DNA of 64,000 bases, from NCBI RefSeq assembly GCF_009914755.1, contig NC_060927.1; one strand, given 5' to 3'. This document shows positions 28,026-44,399 of the stretch, piece after piece (within the stretch, counting starts at the first letter, position 1; the number at the start of each line of letters is the position of its first letter). The notes beneath the pieces were generated by a model. That model had not been told where the DNA came from and made no database searches. It saw only the letters and a list, made by a program, of their open reading frames with translations. The stretch is from the human T2T-CHM13v2.0 reference genome, Homo sapiens. The position numbers were made by a program, and so were the translations under genes.

Positions 28026-29852
28026 GTCTCTTCCAACTTCATGTTCAGGAACCTCACCTTGGTGTCTTGAAATCAGTTGTGACAGTTATTTATACCAAGG
28101 TAATAAAGTCAGGACATTATTATTATGATTATTTTAGAACTTGTTTAATATTTACAGCACACCATTGCTTTTATGTTGCCTTCATGGCCACTATAGGCAT
28201 TCTATCTTAAGTTACTGAAGGATATCAAATAGGGTGTTGACATTGTTAGAAATGCATTAGGCTCTGGAAATAATTGCTCAATAATTTAAACATAGTCTTC
28301 ATTATTTAGGGGCCTGCCAGTGTGTTTCCTTAAAGCAAACAAACAAGACCTCAGTCTTAATGTTGAGGCTATCAACACTTCTAGACCATTTTAACAGCAG
28401 TTATACAAACGACTTTTATAGCCTGTTAGGAGCAAACATGCCGCTTGATTTACAAACAATGCATTGTCTTCTCTCTAAGGGGTTTCCTGGGTTGTGCCAA
28501 AATGTCCTGTAGGGAGGGTAGGGTGGGTTTAAGAAGAGCACGTAGAGCAAGAAGGGTGAAGAGAAGGAAGCCTGTGCTTCCAATGGTCTGTTCAGTAGAC
28601 AGAACTTTACAGTCCAAGAGTTGCTGTGGTTTCTGAAATGCTTTGCCATGTGAATTAATTAAAAATGTAGAGTGCTAAGTAAAGAAAATTAACAGGGACA
28701 GAGAAGGATATTATCTAATGATAAAAGAGACAATCCACCAAGAAGATACAGCAATTCTAAATGTGAATGTACCAAGCAATAGAGTTGAAAAATACATAAA
28801 ATAAAAACTGATAGAACAGAAATGAGAAATAGACAAATCCATAATTATAGTTTGAGACTTCAACAGTCTTCTCTCAGTAATTGGTATCACCGCTAGACAG
28901 AAGATCAGGAAAGATTTAGAAAACTCAACACCATCAATCAGCTGGACCTAATTAATATTTATGGAACACTTCATTCAATAACAGCAGAATGCACATTCTT
29001 TTTAAGCATCTACATTACATACGGATGCTGATGCAGTATTTTGCTTATGCAAGAGCTACCATATCCTTAGCCACAGAACAAACCTCAACAAATTTGAAAG
29101 AATTAAAATCATACAGAGTATGTTCTCTGACTACAATGAGTCAAACTAGAAATAAATAATAAAAAAAATAGAAAAATGTCCAAACACTCGGAAATTAAAC
29201 ATACTTCTAAATAATTCAGTGATCAAAGTGGGAATCTCAAAGGAAATAAAAATTACATTAAACTGAATGAAGAAAAAATACAACTTATCAAAATGTGTGG
29301 GACGCAGCGAAAACAGTGCTGAAAGTGGAATTTATAGCACTAAAGGAAAAGTGTACATATTAATTGAGGGAAAGTCTCAAATCAACAACCTAAGTCCCTG
29401 CTTCAAGGAACTAGAAAAAGAAGAGCAAAGAAATGAAAAGTGAGTAGAAGAAAGTAAATAACTTAGATAAGAATAGCAATCAATGAAAAAATTAAACAAA
29501 AAAAACCGAAAGAACTATAGAAAAAATTAACAAAACAAAAAGTTGGCTCTCTGAAAGGATCAATAAAATGGAAAGCATCTAGCAAGGCTGACAAAAAAAA
29601 AAAAAAAGAAAAAGAAAAAAGAGGAGACACAAGTTACCAATATCAGGAATGAAACAGGGGATATCACAGCATATCACTACAGATGCTGCAAATGTTAAAG
29701 AGACAATAAGGGATTATAGCTAACAATTCTACACATATCAATTTGACAACTCAGATGAAACAAACCAATTTCGCAAAACACACAAACTATTGCTACTCAC
29801 TCAACATGAAAGAAAAAAAATTGAATAACCCTATAACAATTAGGAAACTGAA

Positions 29853-30996
<1,144 letters not shown>

Positions 30997-32129
30997 TTAC
31001 AGAAGAATGAACATTAATTTACATTTTTTTTCCAAAAATAAAGCAGAAGGAAATACTCCCAACTTATTCTATGAAGCCAGTATAACCTGATACCAAAACC
31101 AAAGACAGTACAAAAATAGAACTATAGATCAGTATTCCTCATAACTGTAGATGCAAAAATTCTTAATAGCAAATATAACACAGTATTAAAAAAAATTGGT
31201 GTAAAAAGAATTATACATCATAACCCAAAGTGGGTATATTCTAGGCATGCAAGGCAGGTTCAATTTGGAAAATTAATCAATATAATCAACCATATTAACA
31301 GGTTAAATCAAGTAAATATATCATCATATCAACTGATGCAGAGAAAGTATTTGACAAAACTCAGCACCCACTCATGATAAAAACAAAAAAGAGGAAAACT
31401 TTCCTCTATTTAAAAGAAAAATTTGCATAAAATCTATAGATAACATCATGCTGTTGGGTAATGTCTAATTGTTCCCCCCTAAGATTTGGAACAAGGAAAG
31501 CGTATTCATTCTCACTACATTGAATACTCTAGTAATTCAATGTAATACTGGAAGTTCTAGCCAGCAAAATAAGGCAAAAATAAAACAAAATGCATACAAA
31601 TCAGAAAGGAAAAATATTAACTATCTCTATTTGTATATGACATGATAATCTATTTAGAAAATTATAAGGAGTCTACCAAAAAAACTGTCCAGATCTAATA
31701 AATTATTTCAGCAAATTTTCAGAATACAAGATCAGCACCATAAGTCAGTTATATTTTTATATACTAGCAATAAAGAAGTAAAAGCTAAAATTAAAAATGC
31801 AATAACACTTGTAATCATGCAAAATAAAGAAGAATTACTTAGGTACAAATCGCACAAACATGTATAGGACTTGTATACTGAAAGTTACACAATGCTGATA
31901 AAAGAAATCACAGAAGATCCAAATAAATGAAGAGGCATACCGGGTTTGTAGATTGGAAGACCCAACATAGTAAAGATGTCCATTATCTTCAAATTTGAAA
32001 TACAAATCAAACGCAATTCCTATCAAAATCTAAGCAAGATATTTTTGTAGGTATAGACACATTTATTTTAAAATTTGTGTGGAAAGACCAAAAAAAAAAT
32101 AGCTAAAGCAATTCTTAAAAAGAATAAAC

Positions 32130-32675
32130 TTCTCTTAACTGGCAGGCAGTTCCTATTTTCTGTGGTGGAAGTTCAGCCTTTGGCCGTAGCTGACTGGACA
32201 AAGAGAGGTTAAGTCATTAGACAGCCTGTGACCCAAAGGGAGAGCTTAAAGAAATGATCTGGATGAACAAAATTCTCTATCTTGGGAATCTGAACTGAGA
32301 GATACAGAGATACTGCAGTTAGTTTTGAAAGCAGATCTGAAAATTCATGTACAGTCAGGACTAAGTAAATGATTAAAGGTCACAGGCAAGAAGGAAGTAA
32401 AGAGGAATGAATATTTATGGTAGCAGAGGGCGCACACCAGTCAGGAGGAAACATGAGGTGTATAGAGAGACACAGGAAGCACGACAGAGACCACTCTTGA
32501 GAGAGTAGCTTTTGCTCCTTGTGTCTTTCCAGGTACCAGGAAGCCCAGCTGTGCTGTAGTTCCTGCTCTTAGATTTCTGTGGGATTCCTCAGAGTATTTT
32601 TACAACATCGCCTCATCTTGGGTTTGCCTGATCTGGGCTGTGTCCCCTCTACCATACAAGCTGTAACGAACATAC
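32130..32675 (+). mobile_element. Possible old ERVL LTR (LTR16-like)
   Basis: TCTCTATCTTGGGAATCTGAACTGAGAGA block and LTR-like 3' end; family uncertain. Confidence 0.35.
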
Positions 32676-34735
32676 TACAGTAGGCAGATCTCTCTGCTGC
32701 TTAAAATAATAAAACAATGGAGGTGGCAAGATGTGTACATTTGTGCTATCTTGTCCGTCTGTTCTTCCCTCCTTGCAGCCTCCTTAGAATGGGGTCTTGT
32801 TCTCCTGCCAGCTTCCTTGGCTTCTGATCAAGTGAATCCCCTCAAGTGAATTCAGAGGAGGAGAAAGTCGGTCAGGGGTGGGCCTCTTGTTAGCTCCTGG
32901 TGTGCTGTAGAGTACTTGAGCTATTCAGTGGTCTTGTGGGAAAGAGAGAAGGATGGGGGCGTGCCCAGATTCTTTACTTTTGTGTAGCATTTAAAATATC
33001 CTCTTACTGATGGTAGTGCAGTAGAGAGAGCAAAATTGCCTGGTCCTGTAAGGAAAATAAGTGGGAAAAGCGGCTTGATGGAATGTATGCAGCCTGGGAT
33101 GAGAGTCAGCTAGCTGGATTCTGGCCTTGGCTCTGTCACTTCATCCATGTCACTTTATTCAGGCTTGGTTGTTCCATCTGTAAAGTGGGGGATCATAACC
33201 ATTTCACATGAAAAATAGTCATAAATTGCAAAAAAAAAATGTGTTGTGTCCCTGCATGTGATCTGGCTTCTGCCCCAATCTCCCTCCACTCTCTTTGCTC
33301 TCTTGCTTCAGTCATGCTGGCCTCCTTTCTGTCTCATGGACCTCCATGGATCCCACCTCAGGGCCTTTGCAACAGCATTTCGCTTTACCTAGAATACTAT
33401 TCTCCCGGGTATTCTCCTATTTCCTTTTTCTCCAGGTCTCTGTATTGATGTGTCTCTCTCCTTTTGTCTGTGTCCCCTCCTAGAATGTAAGCGCCAGAGG
33501 AATAGGGGCTTGTTTTGTTCACCATTATACCACTAGTGCCTGGAGTGCAATAGTGGCTTAATTAATATTTATTGGATCAGTAGGGGGATTACTTCTGGCC
33601 TGATTACTTGGTATTGGGTTTCTAAAGAAATGCCTTCTTTATGCCACGTAGTGAGAAGAAGTTCAATCACAAATCAGTAACTTCACTTTTCAGCTATTAA
33701 TATCATCCTGAGCTGCTGCCCTGTGTCTTCTGATGGGGGCTCGTATTTGCCTCCTCCATTGGCTTCTCTGGCTAGGGTATCTAAATGAATGTAGCATAAC
33801 TCCTTCAACTGATACTCTCATGAGTTTCCATTTGGATCTTTTTTCCAACTTTTCCAGGTTCTTACTTATAAGGTGTTCCACAGCAGTCACCTGCAAAGGG
33901 AACTTTACATATAATGCATGGTCTGTATTTTAAGTCAGAGTAACTTAAGTATAACTTCCAGTAACTTGCAGTATAATAAAAATACAACTAGTTATGCCAG
34001 AAAAACTGACAGAAACCTTTTTCTCTTTTCTTCTCTCTCTCATACAAACACCTATAAAACATATATATATATATATATATGCACACACACATACATATGG
34101 AATTAATGACTTCTCTTTTAATTTTTTTAGGAAATTAAAATGAAAATATTTTGTATATCCGAAAACTATTATAGGCTTGAGGACTTCTCTTTAAGTAGAT
34201 TTACTTCACTCACCCCCTCATTAACTCATTTGTTATTCAGTGAATATACAAAGTGTTTAAGGGATTTAGAAGAATCTTCATCATCGTCACCATCATATTA
34301 ATAACCAACAATATTTGAACATTTTTGTGTGCTTGGTATTGCATTAAATTCTCCGTATGTCATATCTCTTTCATCCTAACAACAGTCCTATGAGGAATAC
34401 ACTATTATTATCTTCATGCTGGAGACGTGAAAACCAAATCTTAGAATGGATAAGTAACTTTTACAAGATTATACAGCTAGTAGGTGGCAGAGCTGCATTT
34501 CCAACCCCAGACCTGTGTGATAGAAAGCCCGTCACTGCTCAGGAATCTTGTGCTCATCTGTATTTATCAGGATTGTTGGTGAAGATTAAAAGAGATGATA
34601 TGTGCATAGCTACTAGCACAATACCTGATCCATAGAAGACCCTCAATATATGGAGGCTTCTGTTGTTATAATCTAAGAAAACTTCATGGCAGAATTATTC
34701 CTCAGTTCATGTAAATTTCAGAAGCTTCAAACCTG

Positions 34736-34737
<2 letters not shown>

Positions 34738-34768
<31 letters not shown>
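34738..34768. repeat. (TG)n microsatellite
   Basis: Pure TG run. Confidence 0.95.
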
Positions 34769-34772
<4 letters not shown>

Positions 34773-35954
34773 GGTGTATATCTATCTCTTTCAACTAAAA
34801 CTTAATGTTTGTGATTTTTATTGTATTTTTAGAACTTACAAAGCCCTTTGTTTTATAAAGAAAAAAATGGCCACTTTTTTTTTCTGTAATCAACTGGAAC
34901 AATATGATGGAACTCATGGTAGGACTTTCCTTACTAAAGAGAAAAAGTAGCTTTTAAGGGATACATAAATGGGTGTTTCCAGGTTTTTCCTACCTGTCTT
35001 TTATGGGGATACTCTGTCTGTCTTATACTAAGTGCACCTTAAAGAAGTGTTAACAAAATGAATAAATACTCCTGAATAAATACTCCTGAGTCCTTTCCTT
35101 GTGAACATTTCAAAGAATCATTCGTACTTTGCAACTTGTGCTTTTCCAACCTTGAGATTTTTACCAAACAGCAGGAAATGAAGGGTTGATAAGATAACCT
35201 TTTTCAAGGGCATCGAATAGATACATGGAGTAGCAAGCCCTATGGGCAAGAGGCTGGGAATCTGGGGACCTGAGTTCAGCTTCTGTGGGCTTGAGTTACC
35301 ATTGTCAAGCCTCGTTACACCACACTACTCTTCCTTACATATTCCCCCTCACATCTCAGAGGATTGTATATTCCTTAATAATGGTATAATATTCTCTCTG
35401 TTCCTGGTAATTAGTACAGAGCCTGGTATGTGACTGTCTGCATGGGATAGTGGGGGGAAAAGTGAACTCCAGGGAGTCAAGTCAGGAAACCTGGGAACAG
35501 GGAAGGTTGGTGACCATTGGGTTTCTATTAGTATCCTGTGTTTACTTTGAGAGTCCTCTATTTTAAGCAAATTGGAAAGACCCAGGGGAAGAGGAACCAA
35601 ATGACTGAAAGAAAAATATGTGAATCTGTGGATTAGTTAGCTAAAGGTCTTCCACGACTCCACTTAACTCAGAGGGAGAGAAATTGCTTTCCTTTAGTGC
35701 CGTGCATTTTTCATCTGTTTGTGTTTGAAGAGCAAAACAAAATTGGATCCTCTTCAGGGCCTGAAACCCAGTGGGTGATCAGGGAATACGTGTGGAATGA
35801 ATGATTCAGTTTTTTCCTCCTGGGTTGCTGATTCCTTGTTAGCCAAGATACTATCTTTTCAAGGGCTGGGCTAAGAGGTTTGAAGGGTGCATGAAGGTTG
35901 ATTTGTAAATTAGGAATAGTAACTATTTAATATAAAGGAAGATACCTCTACTGA

Positions 35955-35956
35955 GT

Positions 35957-35995
<39 letters not shown>

Positions 35996-35999
35996 TGTG
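35955..35999. repeat. (TG)n microsatellite
   Basis: TG run with interruptions. Confidence 0.95.
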
Positions 36000-36660
36000 C
36001 AAGAGAGGGAGACAGAGAATAATATTAAAATAAAATCTTTCTTGGAAGGAAATTATTTCCAAACCACAAAATAATTTGACACAGCTTTAAAAGAGCAACT
36101 GAAAGTATTGCTGGGCGTGGGACTGGGGCCACTGGGAGGGCATCTGTGATGATTTGAGTAACTGGGTGTGGGCACTGGAAGCTCTCAGGATGGATCCAGC
36201 CTGTGATTCCTAGTTGCCTGTTGCCCTCTGCTGGTGAAACTGTTGTCATCCCAGGAAACTGAAGACTCACGAGTTCTCAGGTGCCTTTTTATCTGGGGGA
36301 GAACCTAGGCTCCATCTCCTCAATTGGGGAAGTGATAATGGTGCTGAGGAAAAGTGGCAACTGGAAGAGATGCACAGACTCCTTCGCCAGGGAAGACGGG
36401 CTCTCACAACAGAGGGAATGGATCTCATGGTTCTATATTTTTCATTCTGTGACCTGCTCATTTGTTGAGCCCTTACTCTCTCTTTGACTCTTTGCTGAGC
36501 ACAGTGAGGAGACACAGATAAAAATAAAGCACTGATTCTACACTAGAGAGGCATCCATTTAATATGCGTGGAGGGAGGAATGGGTAGGATAGAAAGCACT
36601 GTAACATAGAGAAAACTGTGATTAGGGCCACAACTGAAGCACTGATAGAGGCATGTGCAC

Positions 36661-36973
36661 ATTGATTGATTGATTGATTGAAGGAGACAGGGTCTCATTT
36701 TGTACCCCAGGCTGGAGTGCAGTGGTGCTACAATAGCTCACTGCAACCTCAAACTCCCGGACTGAAGTGGCCCTCTCACCTTGGCCTCTCAGGTAGCTGG
36801 GACTATAGCCGCGGACCAACACACCCAGCTATCTTTCTTATTTTTTTATTTTTAGTAGAGACAAGGTCTCCCTGTGTTGCCCAGGCTGGTCTCAAACTCC
36901 TGGGCTCAAGTGAGCCTCCCACCTCAACCTCTCAAAGTGTTGAGATTACAGGCCTGAGCCACCACGCTTGGCC
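36661..36973 (-). mobile_element. AluJ element with (ATCA)n-derived tail
   Basis: (GATT)n then GAGACAGGGTCTC, ATAGCTCACTGCAACCTCAAACTCC AluJ diagnostics; TSD TGTGCA(C/T)ATT. Confidence 0.93.
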
Positions 36974-37499
36974 TTGTGCATATTTAAAGGGAGGAAAGAT
37001 ATTAGCCACTTGTGGGTAGGGGAGGTGAGGGTAAGTTTCCATGGAATAGACAGCATTTAAGCTGCAAACCTATGGATGGGTAATTTATTTAAAAAATGCC
37101 ACTGATATCAAAAAGTTTAATGTGTTTATGGTCAGAAAAAGTAAACTCTGGCAAATAAAAGCATAAAAAGTAATAAAAGTCACCTGAAATTCCACCACTT
37201 ACAAATAATCACTGTTAACATTTTGATATGTGGATTATTTTGTTGTTGATACAAAATCGGAAGGATACCGCAGGTAACATTCTGTATCCTGCTCTTTCTC
37301 ACTATTTTGGCATGAACATTTCCGCAATGTTACTGATTGTTTATTGACAGAAAATACGTTATTTTGTGGGGTACTATTGCAATATATAAACCTGAAAGTC
37401 GGGTTCCCCAAACAGCATGAACCAAGGCATATAGGTTGTGCAGTGCCAGGATAGCTTGTGTTTTTAGTAATTCATTTCAGAAGTATGTTTTGGATACTA

Positions 37500-38360
37500 C
37501 AACCTTGGAGACACAAGGCTAAGAACTGACTTTGTATTTTCAGAGTTTACAGTATAGGAGGGGAGACAGACATTAATTATGTAATCATAGAAATAACTAT
37601 ACAATAGCATCCAAGGTAAGTACCATAAGTGGGAAATATGTGTGGTCTGAAAGTGTATATCAGAAAGAAGACAAGTAGCCACAGAGGTTTGAGAAGGCTT
37701 GCTGGAGTAAAGGGTAATGGAGCTCAGCTCTGTCAGAGTTAACTAGGTGGAGATTCATGAACAACATTGCCAGCAGAGGGAACAGCATGTACAAAGGCCT
37801 TTAAGTTGGAGGGGGCACAGTGAATACAAGGATCTGAAAGAAGATAAAGGAAATGGAGTGGAGGGACTTGGCCTGAGAGGGAATTGAAGAAGTAGGTAGA
37901 GCTTGACCCTGCAGAAACTTTTAGACCAGGGTAAGGTTTTTGTAATTTCTCAGAAAAGCAAGAACTGTTGAAGTGTTTTGAACCAGGGTAGGGTGGTAAA
38001 GATGAGGTTTGCTTTTTTTTTTTTTTTTTTTCCAAAGGATCCCCTCACTGCAGTAGGGTGAAGGGATTGGAAGGCAGCAAGAGTATATGTAAGTAAATCA
38101 GGTTTGGGTGACTAGTAACCCAAGCCTAGAGTGAGAGTGATTGCAATCATCTAGGCAGCAGATGATGAAAGACTGAATTAGAAGAGTGAAAGGGAAGATG
38201 GAGAGAGGTGGGTGGTGTTGACATCTTTATCTTAGGAGTAAAATTTGTAGGACTAGGCATGGAATGTGAGGAAATAGGGTGAGTCTGAATGACTCCCAGG
38301 TCTCTAGCTTGAATAACTGGATGGAGGGAGGGTTCTTCCCCAAGCTAGGGGACACTGAAA
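37500..38360 (-). mobile_element. L2 fragment
   Basis: GCAGAGGGAACAGCATGTACAAAGGCC and GAATGACTCCCAGGTCTCTAGCTTG L2-like blocks; boundaries approximate. Confidence 0.65.
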
Positions 38361-40065
38361 GGGGACAAGGGCGGAAAAAGACAGTCTTGATTGTTGTTCT
38401 GAAGAAGTTTGCTAGAAGGAAAAATTCTAGGAATGGTGTGTCTCATCACATCAGCTTCTTGCAGAGGTTGGTTTTACCATGTTTACAAACCACACTGAAG
38501 GGTCCACTTTTGAAAGGTTGGTAGTACTGAGGAGAAAGCAAACACTATGCCTGGATATGGTGTCTCAGTACCTGTGTCGAGTCCCTGCACCACTGTTTGT
38601 TGGGTGCAGAGCATTGAACAAGTCATTTTAAGGATCTGTAGACCTTAGTTTGTCTTCAAAATGAGGGTAATAACATTTAGACCAAAGGGTTCTTGTGAAG
38701 ATTAAAGGACAATGTTGATATTCAAGGACCTTGTAAACCTTTCTGAGCTGTACAAACACAATATATCTTTATTCCTATATTTGTTGTTATTGCCACTTAA
38801 AGCTCAATGCTATTAATGTTTGGAATATGCAATTTAATGTTTCTCCATGAGTTCTTAGGGGAGAAAGTGTGAATGATGTCTAAATAAATCAATACACAAC
38901 CCAGGAACTTGAGATGGTGGCCCCAAACTATTTATAAGCCTGTATGTTTACTTGAATTTAGATATTCCTGACATGTAAATTATGCAGAGTTTGTGTCAGA
39001 GCAGAGCACTCTGTATTCCTAAAAAGAATCCTCCTTTTTTTCTGAATCCTTTACCTTTTAAAATACATCTCATTATGGAGTGCTGACATTTTCAGTAAAA
39101 CCATTCAACCAAAAGCTGCAGTTTTTTTAGACTAAAACAAGTCTGGTTTATTAGGCAGCAGCTTATAACTTACTGCTAAGTAGATGCAATCTATTTAGGG
39201 AAGTTTATGTAGATATCTGATAAGAAATTTTAGTCTTCATCTCTTTCTGACTAAGACTGAGAATGTCAAGCAGACTCTCAAGAATTTCCTCTTTCTCTCA
39301 AAGTGGAGGAGGAGGAGGTGACTATCACTGTTTGGAGGTGAGTATCCACTGGATGGAAACTGTTGAACCAAGACTTAAACTTTATGCCATTTCCTTTCAC
39401 AATACCACTAACTGTACTATGGTATTCTAGCTGAGTGATTTTGGCCATAACCTTCTTCAAAGGGTTGTGGTAAGATATAGAACTAATACTTATGAATATA
39501 TAATGGCAGGCATATACTAGGACCTCAATTAATGACCTCATTCTTCTTTTCTTCCTTTTTCTGCTTCTCCTTTCTTTCTTTCACTTCTGTCTCCCTTTTT
39601 CTGTCCTTTGTATCTTCTCCTCTGTGTCCTCCTATTGATTCAACTCCTAACTGCATCTTGCCTATCTGTCTTTAGACTGCACTGTGAAGTGGTACATAAT
39701 TGGGTTACCCAAGTCACTTAGTGACACAGGTCCCTTCCAGCAATAGTAACAGCTAACTTATAAAGCCTTAACAGAGAATTATTTCTTTTAATCTTCTCCC
39801 CAAATGGATGATGTGAGTACTAGTATTGTCTTCATTTCACAGATGTGGAACCTGGGCCATAGAAAGGTTAAAAGTCCAATATTACAGAGTTAGTAAGTGA
39901 TAAAGCTGCAGATTTCCACCTCCAGCCTCACACCACCAAAAGTCTCCCAAAATGGTGATAACTGGAACTTATTTATCCACTCAATAGATATGTATTTACT
40001 GCAGGCTATTTGACTGAAGGGGATGGAGTGAATAGCCCAACAGACACAGTCTCTGCCTTCATGGA

Positions 40066-40122
40066 ACACACATACACACACATGCACACACACGCACACA
40101 CACACACGCACTCACACACACA
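40066..40122. repeat. Degenerate (CA)n microsatellite
   Basis: CA run with interruptions. Confidence 0.9.
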
Positions 40123-41488
40123 GGGTTGGTGCTCAGCCTACTCAGCTTGTACTTATTAGCATTTCCCTACCTTCAGTATTGTGGTGTATATTCTGATTGG
40201 TCAGTGCCCACATGGTACCCATTGCTAAGCATTTTATACTTCATTTCTTCTTACAAACTGTGATAAATGCTGCAAAGAGGAAAATATGTCTGCTTTGAGA
40301 AAATACAATGAGGCCAAGTTTATACAGGAGTTTAGGAAATCCTCTTTGAATGAGGCATTTGAACCATGACTTGAACAATGAGTGGTTTCAGCGTACTCTG
40401 AGATGACCCTGAGTAGAGGCCGGATTATACAGGCGTGTAGTCCATGTTATGAACCTAAAATCAAGGGGATGCTATTTAATAAAGTGAACAAGGAGTGACA
40501 TCATTCAGTTTGTATGTTAAGAATTGCACTGTGGTTACTGTGTGGAGAATGGTGAGAATGGGGTGTCCATGCCATTTACACATTAGATTGATTCTGTGTG
40601 GTGAGGATTTAGACATGAATTGGTCATCAATCAACATTTTCAGTTTTTTAGGGAAAAACAAAACATGTACCAAAACAATTCTAGTGTAAGTCTCGAAGTG
40701 CTGTATCCTAAAGGCTACAGTAGGCAGATAGCAAAAGTGCTGTCGGTCTGGGGAATTATGAACCATGTTCACTCTCTTTTAACAAGAAGCTATTGTATTT
40801 TATTTCTGTTCTCTCTGTTGGAGAAATTCTGAATTCTCAGTCAGAATGTTACATGTGTGTCCTGGAAGGCTCTCACATCTGAGGCCAATTAATTCAGTAA
40901 ACACTTACCTAGTTTATCTACTTATCTACTTTACTCTGGTTCATAAAAATCTCACTTCACTTGTTTCACTACATTTCTACCACAAGGATATGGTAGGATG
41001 AGCTGCAAATAGGAATGAGATAACTTGGAAGACAGCGGACCTGTGTTCCAGTCTCCGACTTACTTCCAGTCAGCAGTGCAACCTTCGGAAATTAGTGTAG
41101 GCTAGTTCGTAGTGAGTAAATTTGTGGTACGGATTCAGCTAGAACAAAGAGATATTTTTGGTGTCCATGAAGGAAGATGTCCTCTATGAAGTTTTCTAGA
41201 GAACTGGGAAAATGTTGGGAAGTATGAGTCAGTTGACTGCTAACACAACACACACTGGGTATTCCCCTAATGGATTCCATCGTGGGTAATCAACTATCTT
41301 TGAGCTCTGGGATGATAAAATATTTCTCCATCATCTTCTACCTTTCCTCCTTCTTTAGTCATGGGACCAGACTGAGTGGGGTAGTGGTGTGGTATTAGGT
41401 ATTTCTCAGCCCCTCTCTCTTCTGAGTTGATCAAACTTCACTGTTTTCTGTGCTAGGAGAGATGTGAAGGTCATTGCTTTTAACTTAG

Positions 41489-41707
<219 letters not shown>

Positions 41708-41896
41708 TGAGTATATATCTTATACTTGAAGAAGTGGTGCAGCAGGGATGGACCTGCAGGGAAAACAAGCCGAAAATTCAGTTTGGCCCTGTAAGCTGGG
41801 AGAACCCAAGGGAGGATAGTGAAATCATGAAAGTTGAAATCATTAAACTAGAGTTCCTACTCTATGTCAGCCTCCAGGGATACAACTTTAAGTAAA

Positions 41897-42249
41897 TATA
41901 TTAGTTCGTTTTCACACTGCTGATAAAGACATACCCCAAACTGGGAATACAAAAAGGTTTATTGAACTGACAGTTCCACATGGCTGGGGAGGCCTCAGAA
42001 TTATGGCGGGAGGGGAAAGTCTCTTCTTATATGGCCGCAGCAAGAGAAAATGAGGAAGAAGGAAAAGTGGAAACCCCTGTTAAACTCATCAAGTCTCGTG
42101 AGACTTATTCACTATCAAGAGACTGGCATAGGCAAGACTGGACCCCATGGTTCAATTACCTCCCCCTGGTTCCCTCCCACAACACATGTGAATTCTGGGA
42201 GATACAATTCAGGTTGATATTTTGGTGGGGACACAGCCAAACCATGTCA
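41897..42249 (-). mobile_element. THE1 (THE1A/B-like) MaLR solo LTR
   Basis: TATATTAGTTCGTTTTCACACTGCTGATAAAGACATACC...CCAAACCATGTCA; perfect TSD GTAAA. Confidence 0.92.
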
Positions 42250-43210
42250 GTAAATTTGTATTTTAGTATGAGGACGTGACAAATAAATAGCTAATGTAAG
42301 GAAGAAAGAGCTGTGGGAACATGGGGAAAATGCACTCAACCTAATTTGTGTGTCACGTAATCAGAGAAAACTTTCAGAAGAAACACTTGAGCCAATATTT
42401 AATATTGGGCAGGAGTTAGCCAAAGAAGGAGAACCAAAGGGGAAGAACATTCCAAAGCGGTAGCTAAAAAGTGTAATGCCTCTGGGAATTGAAATTATTC
42501 TGTAAAGCTCAGTGGATAGAACCAAAATGGGTAGTAGCTCTTCTTATAAAATGTCTCTTGGGATCATTCCTGGAAGTTCAGTGACGTAGGGGTGGTGAGG
42601 TGTGTCAACTGTTTCACAGATGTTGACAATTACCAAGAGACTTGGTGAGGTCTACAGAGGAGAATGCTGAATTAGGTAAGTTCCTGTCATAGTCTTCGAG
42701 GCATCTGCCTTTACTAAACATTTTAGATCTAAGCAAGAGAAACAACAGTCTTTCTCTAAGACTGAATGTGAGGTCTTCCCATTGAACCGTGAATTCCTTG
42801 CGGGCAAATGTTGATTTTGTTGTCCTTTAAGCACCTGGCATTAGGACTAGCACATAGTAGGGTCTGAAATCTTTTCAATATACAGAAAAAAGCACGAGTT
42901 CATCAAGTGACTTGCTTTCCTTACACTATGCATACTACATAAAAAACTTATTTTTGCTTACTCTTTTCATGGATGCAAAAAGTGATTAATTTATTAAGTT
43001 CATTAGCTTTTAAAACTGTTGATTTTTTTCAATAATAATATTACACATTGTAAAATATATATTTAAATATTACAAAAATGTTCATTTTCAGGAACTCTCT
43101 CTTCTACACCAGACCCTCGGTTCTTCAGCCTTCCCTCCATGGGTGATAGTCAACAGTTTCTTGTGTATTTTTAAATAAATAGTCTATAAATATAAAAGAA
43201 TAAAAAGTTC

Positions 43211-43566
43211 TGTATTAGTCCATTGTCACGTTGCTGATAAAGATATACCTGAGATTGGGCAATTTACAAAAGAAAAAGATTTATTGGACTTACAGTTCCA
43301 CGTGGCTGGGAAGGCCTCACAATCATGGCAGAAGGTGAAAGGCACATCTCACACGGTGGCAACAAGAGAAGAACTTGTCCAGGGAAACTCCTGTTTTTAA
43401 AACCATCAGACCTAATGAGACTCATTCACTATCACGAGAACAGCGCAGGAAAAACTTGCTCCCATAATTCAATCACCTCCCACCGGGTTCCTCCCACGAC
43501 ACGTGGGAATTGTGGGTGTTACAATTCAAGATGAGATTTGGGTGGGGACATAGTCAAACCATATCA
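43211..43566 (-). mobile_element. THE1B-like MaLR solo LTR
   Basis: TGTATTAGTCC...CAAACCATATCA; TSD AGTTC/AGGTC. Confidence 0.92.
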
Positions 43567-44399
43567 AGGTCTCTCTGTGTACATATGCCTATACACGTTT
43601 AAAAGTACATATCTACACACATATTTATTACATATTATTTTACCTAATGAAAGCACATGTCATAAACTGTCCTGCCTCATGCTATAATATCTACCAGTGA
43701 TATAACTTGGAGGTTTATATAATCATCTATAGATCAATCTCAGTGTTTTTTAATAGTGCAGAATATTACCTCTTAAGCTTAATCTATTTAGCCAGTCCCT
43801 CATTGATGTATATCTATTTTTACCGTTGCTACTACAAAGTGCTGCTACAAATATCCTTGCTTACAAGACTTTGCACAAACATGTAATTGTTCCTTTAATG
43901 TATTAATGGATTTCTAGAAGTGGAATTTTTAGGTCAAAGTCATGTAAATTTTAACCGATGAGTATTGTCAAATTGCCTTCCAAACAGGTGCTACCAATTA
44001 ATACTTTCACAAAGTATCAGGGTAATCTTTTCCACACACCCACACCAATATCAAGTATTACAAAACCTTTTTACATTGCCAGTGAGATAGTAAAGAAAAG
44101 TCTCTTATTTGGGGTTCAAATTGCATCACTAGAATTTGAAGAACGATATGTGTTTTTATCCTTGGGTTAGAAAGCCATATTATTTATTTTTCTGTGAACT
44201 GCCTATTTATGACTATAGCCCATTTTTTTTTTCCTGTTGGGATGTTTAATTTTTTTCTTATTGATTTGTAAGAGCTATTTGTGTATTAGAGAACTGAATT
44301 CCTTTTCTGTCCTATATGTTGCAAATAAATTTTTCCCAGTTTGTCATATCTCTTTTAACATTATTATGCTATTTTTCATGACCTTTAGTTTTGGGGTAT

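Noticed and set aside
35060-35089. 14-bp tandem duplication GAATAAATACTCCT
   Set aside because: Ordinary slippage duplication with no further context
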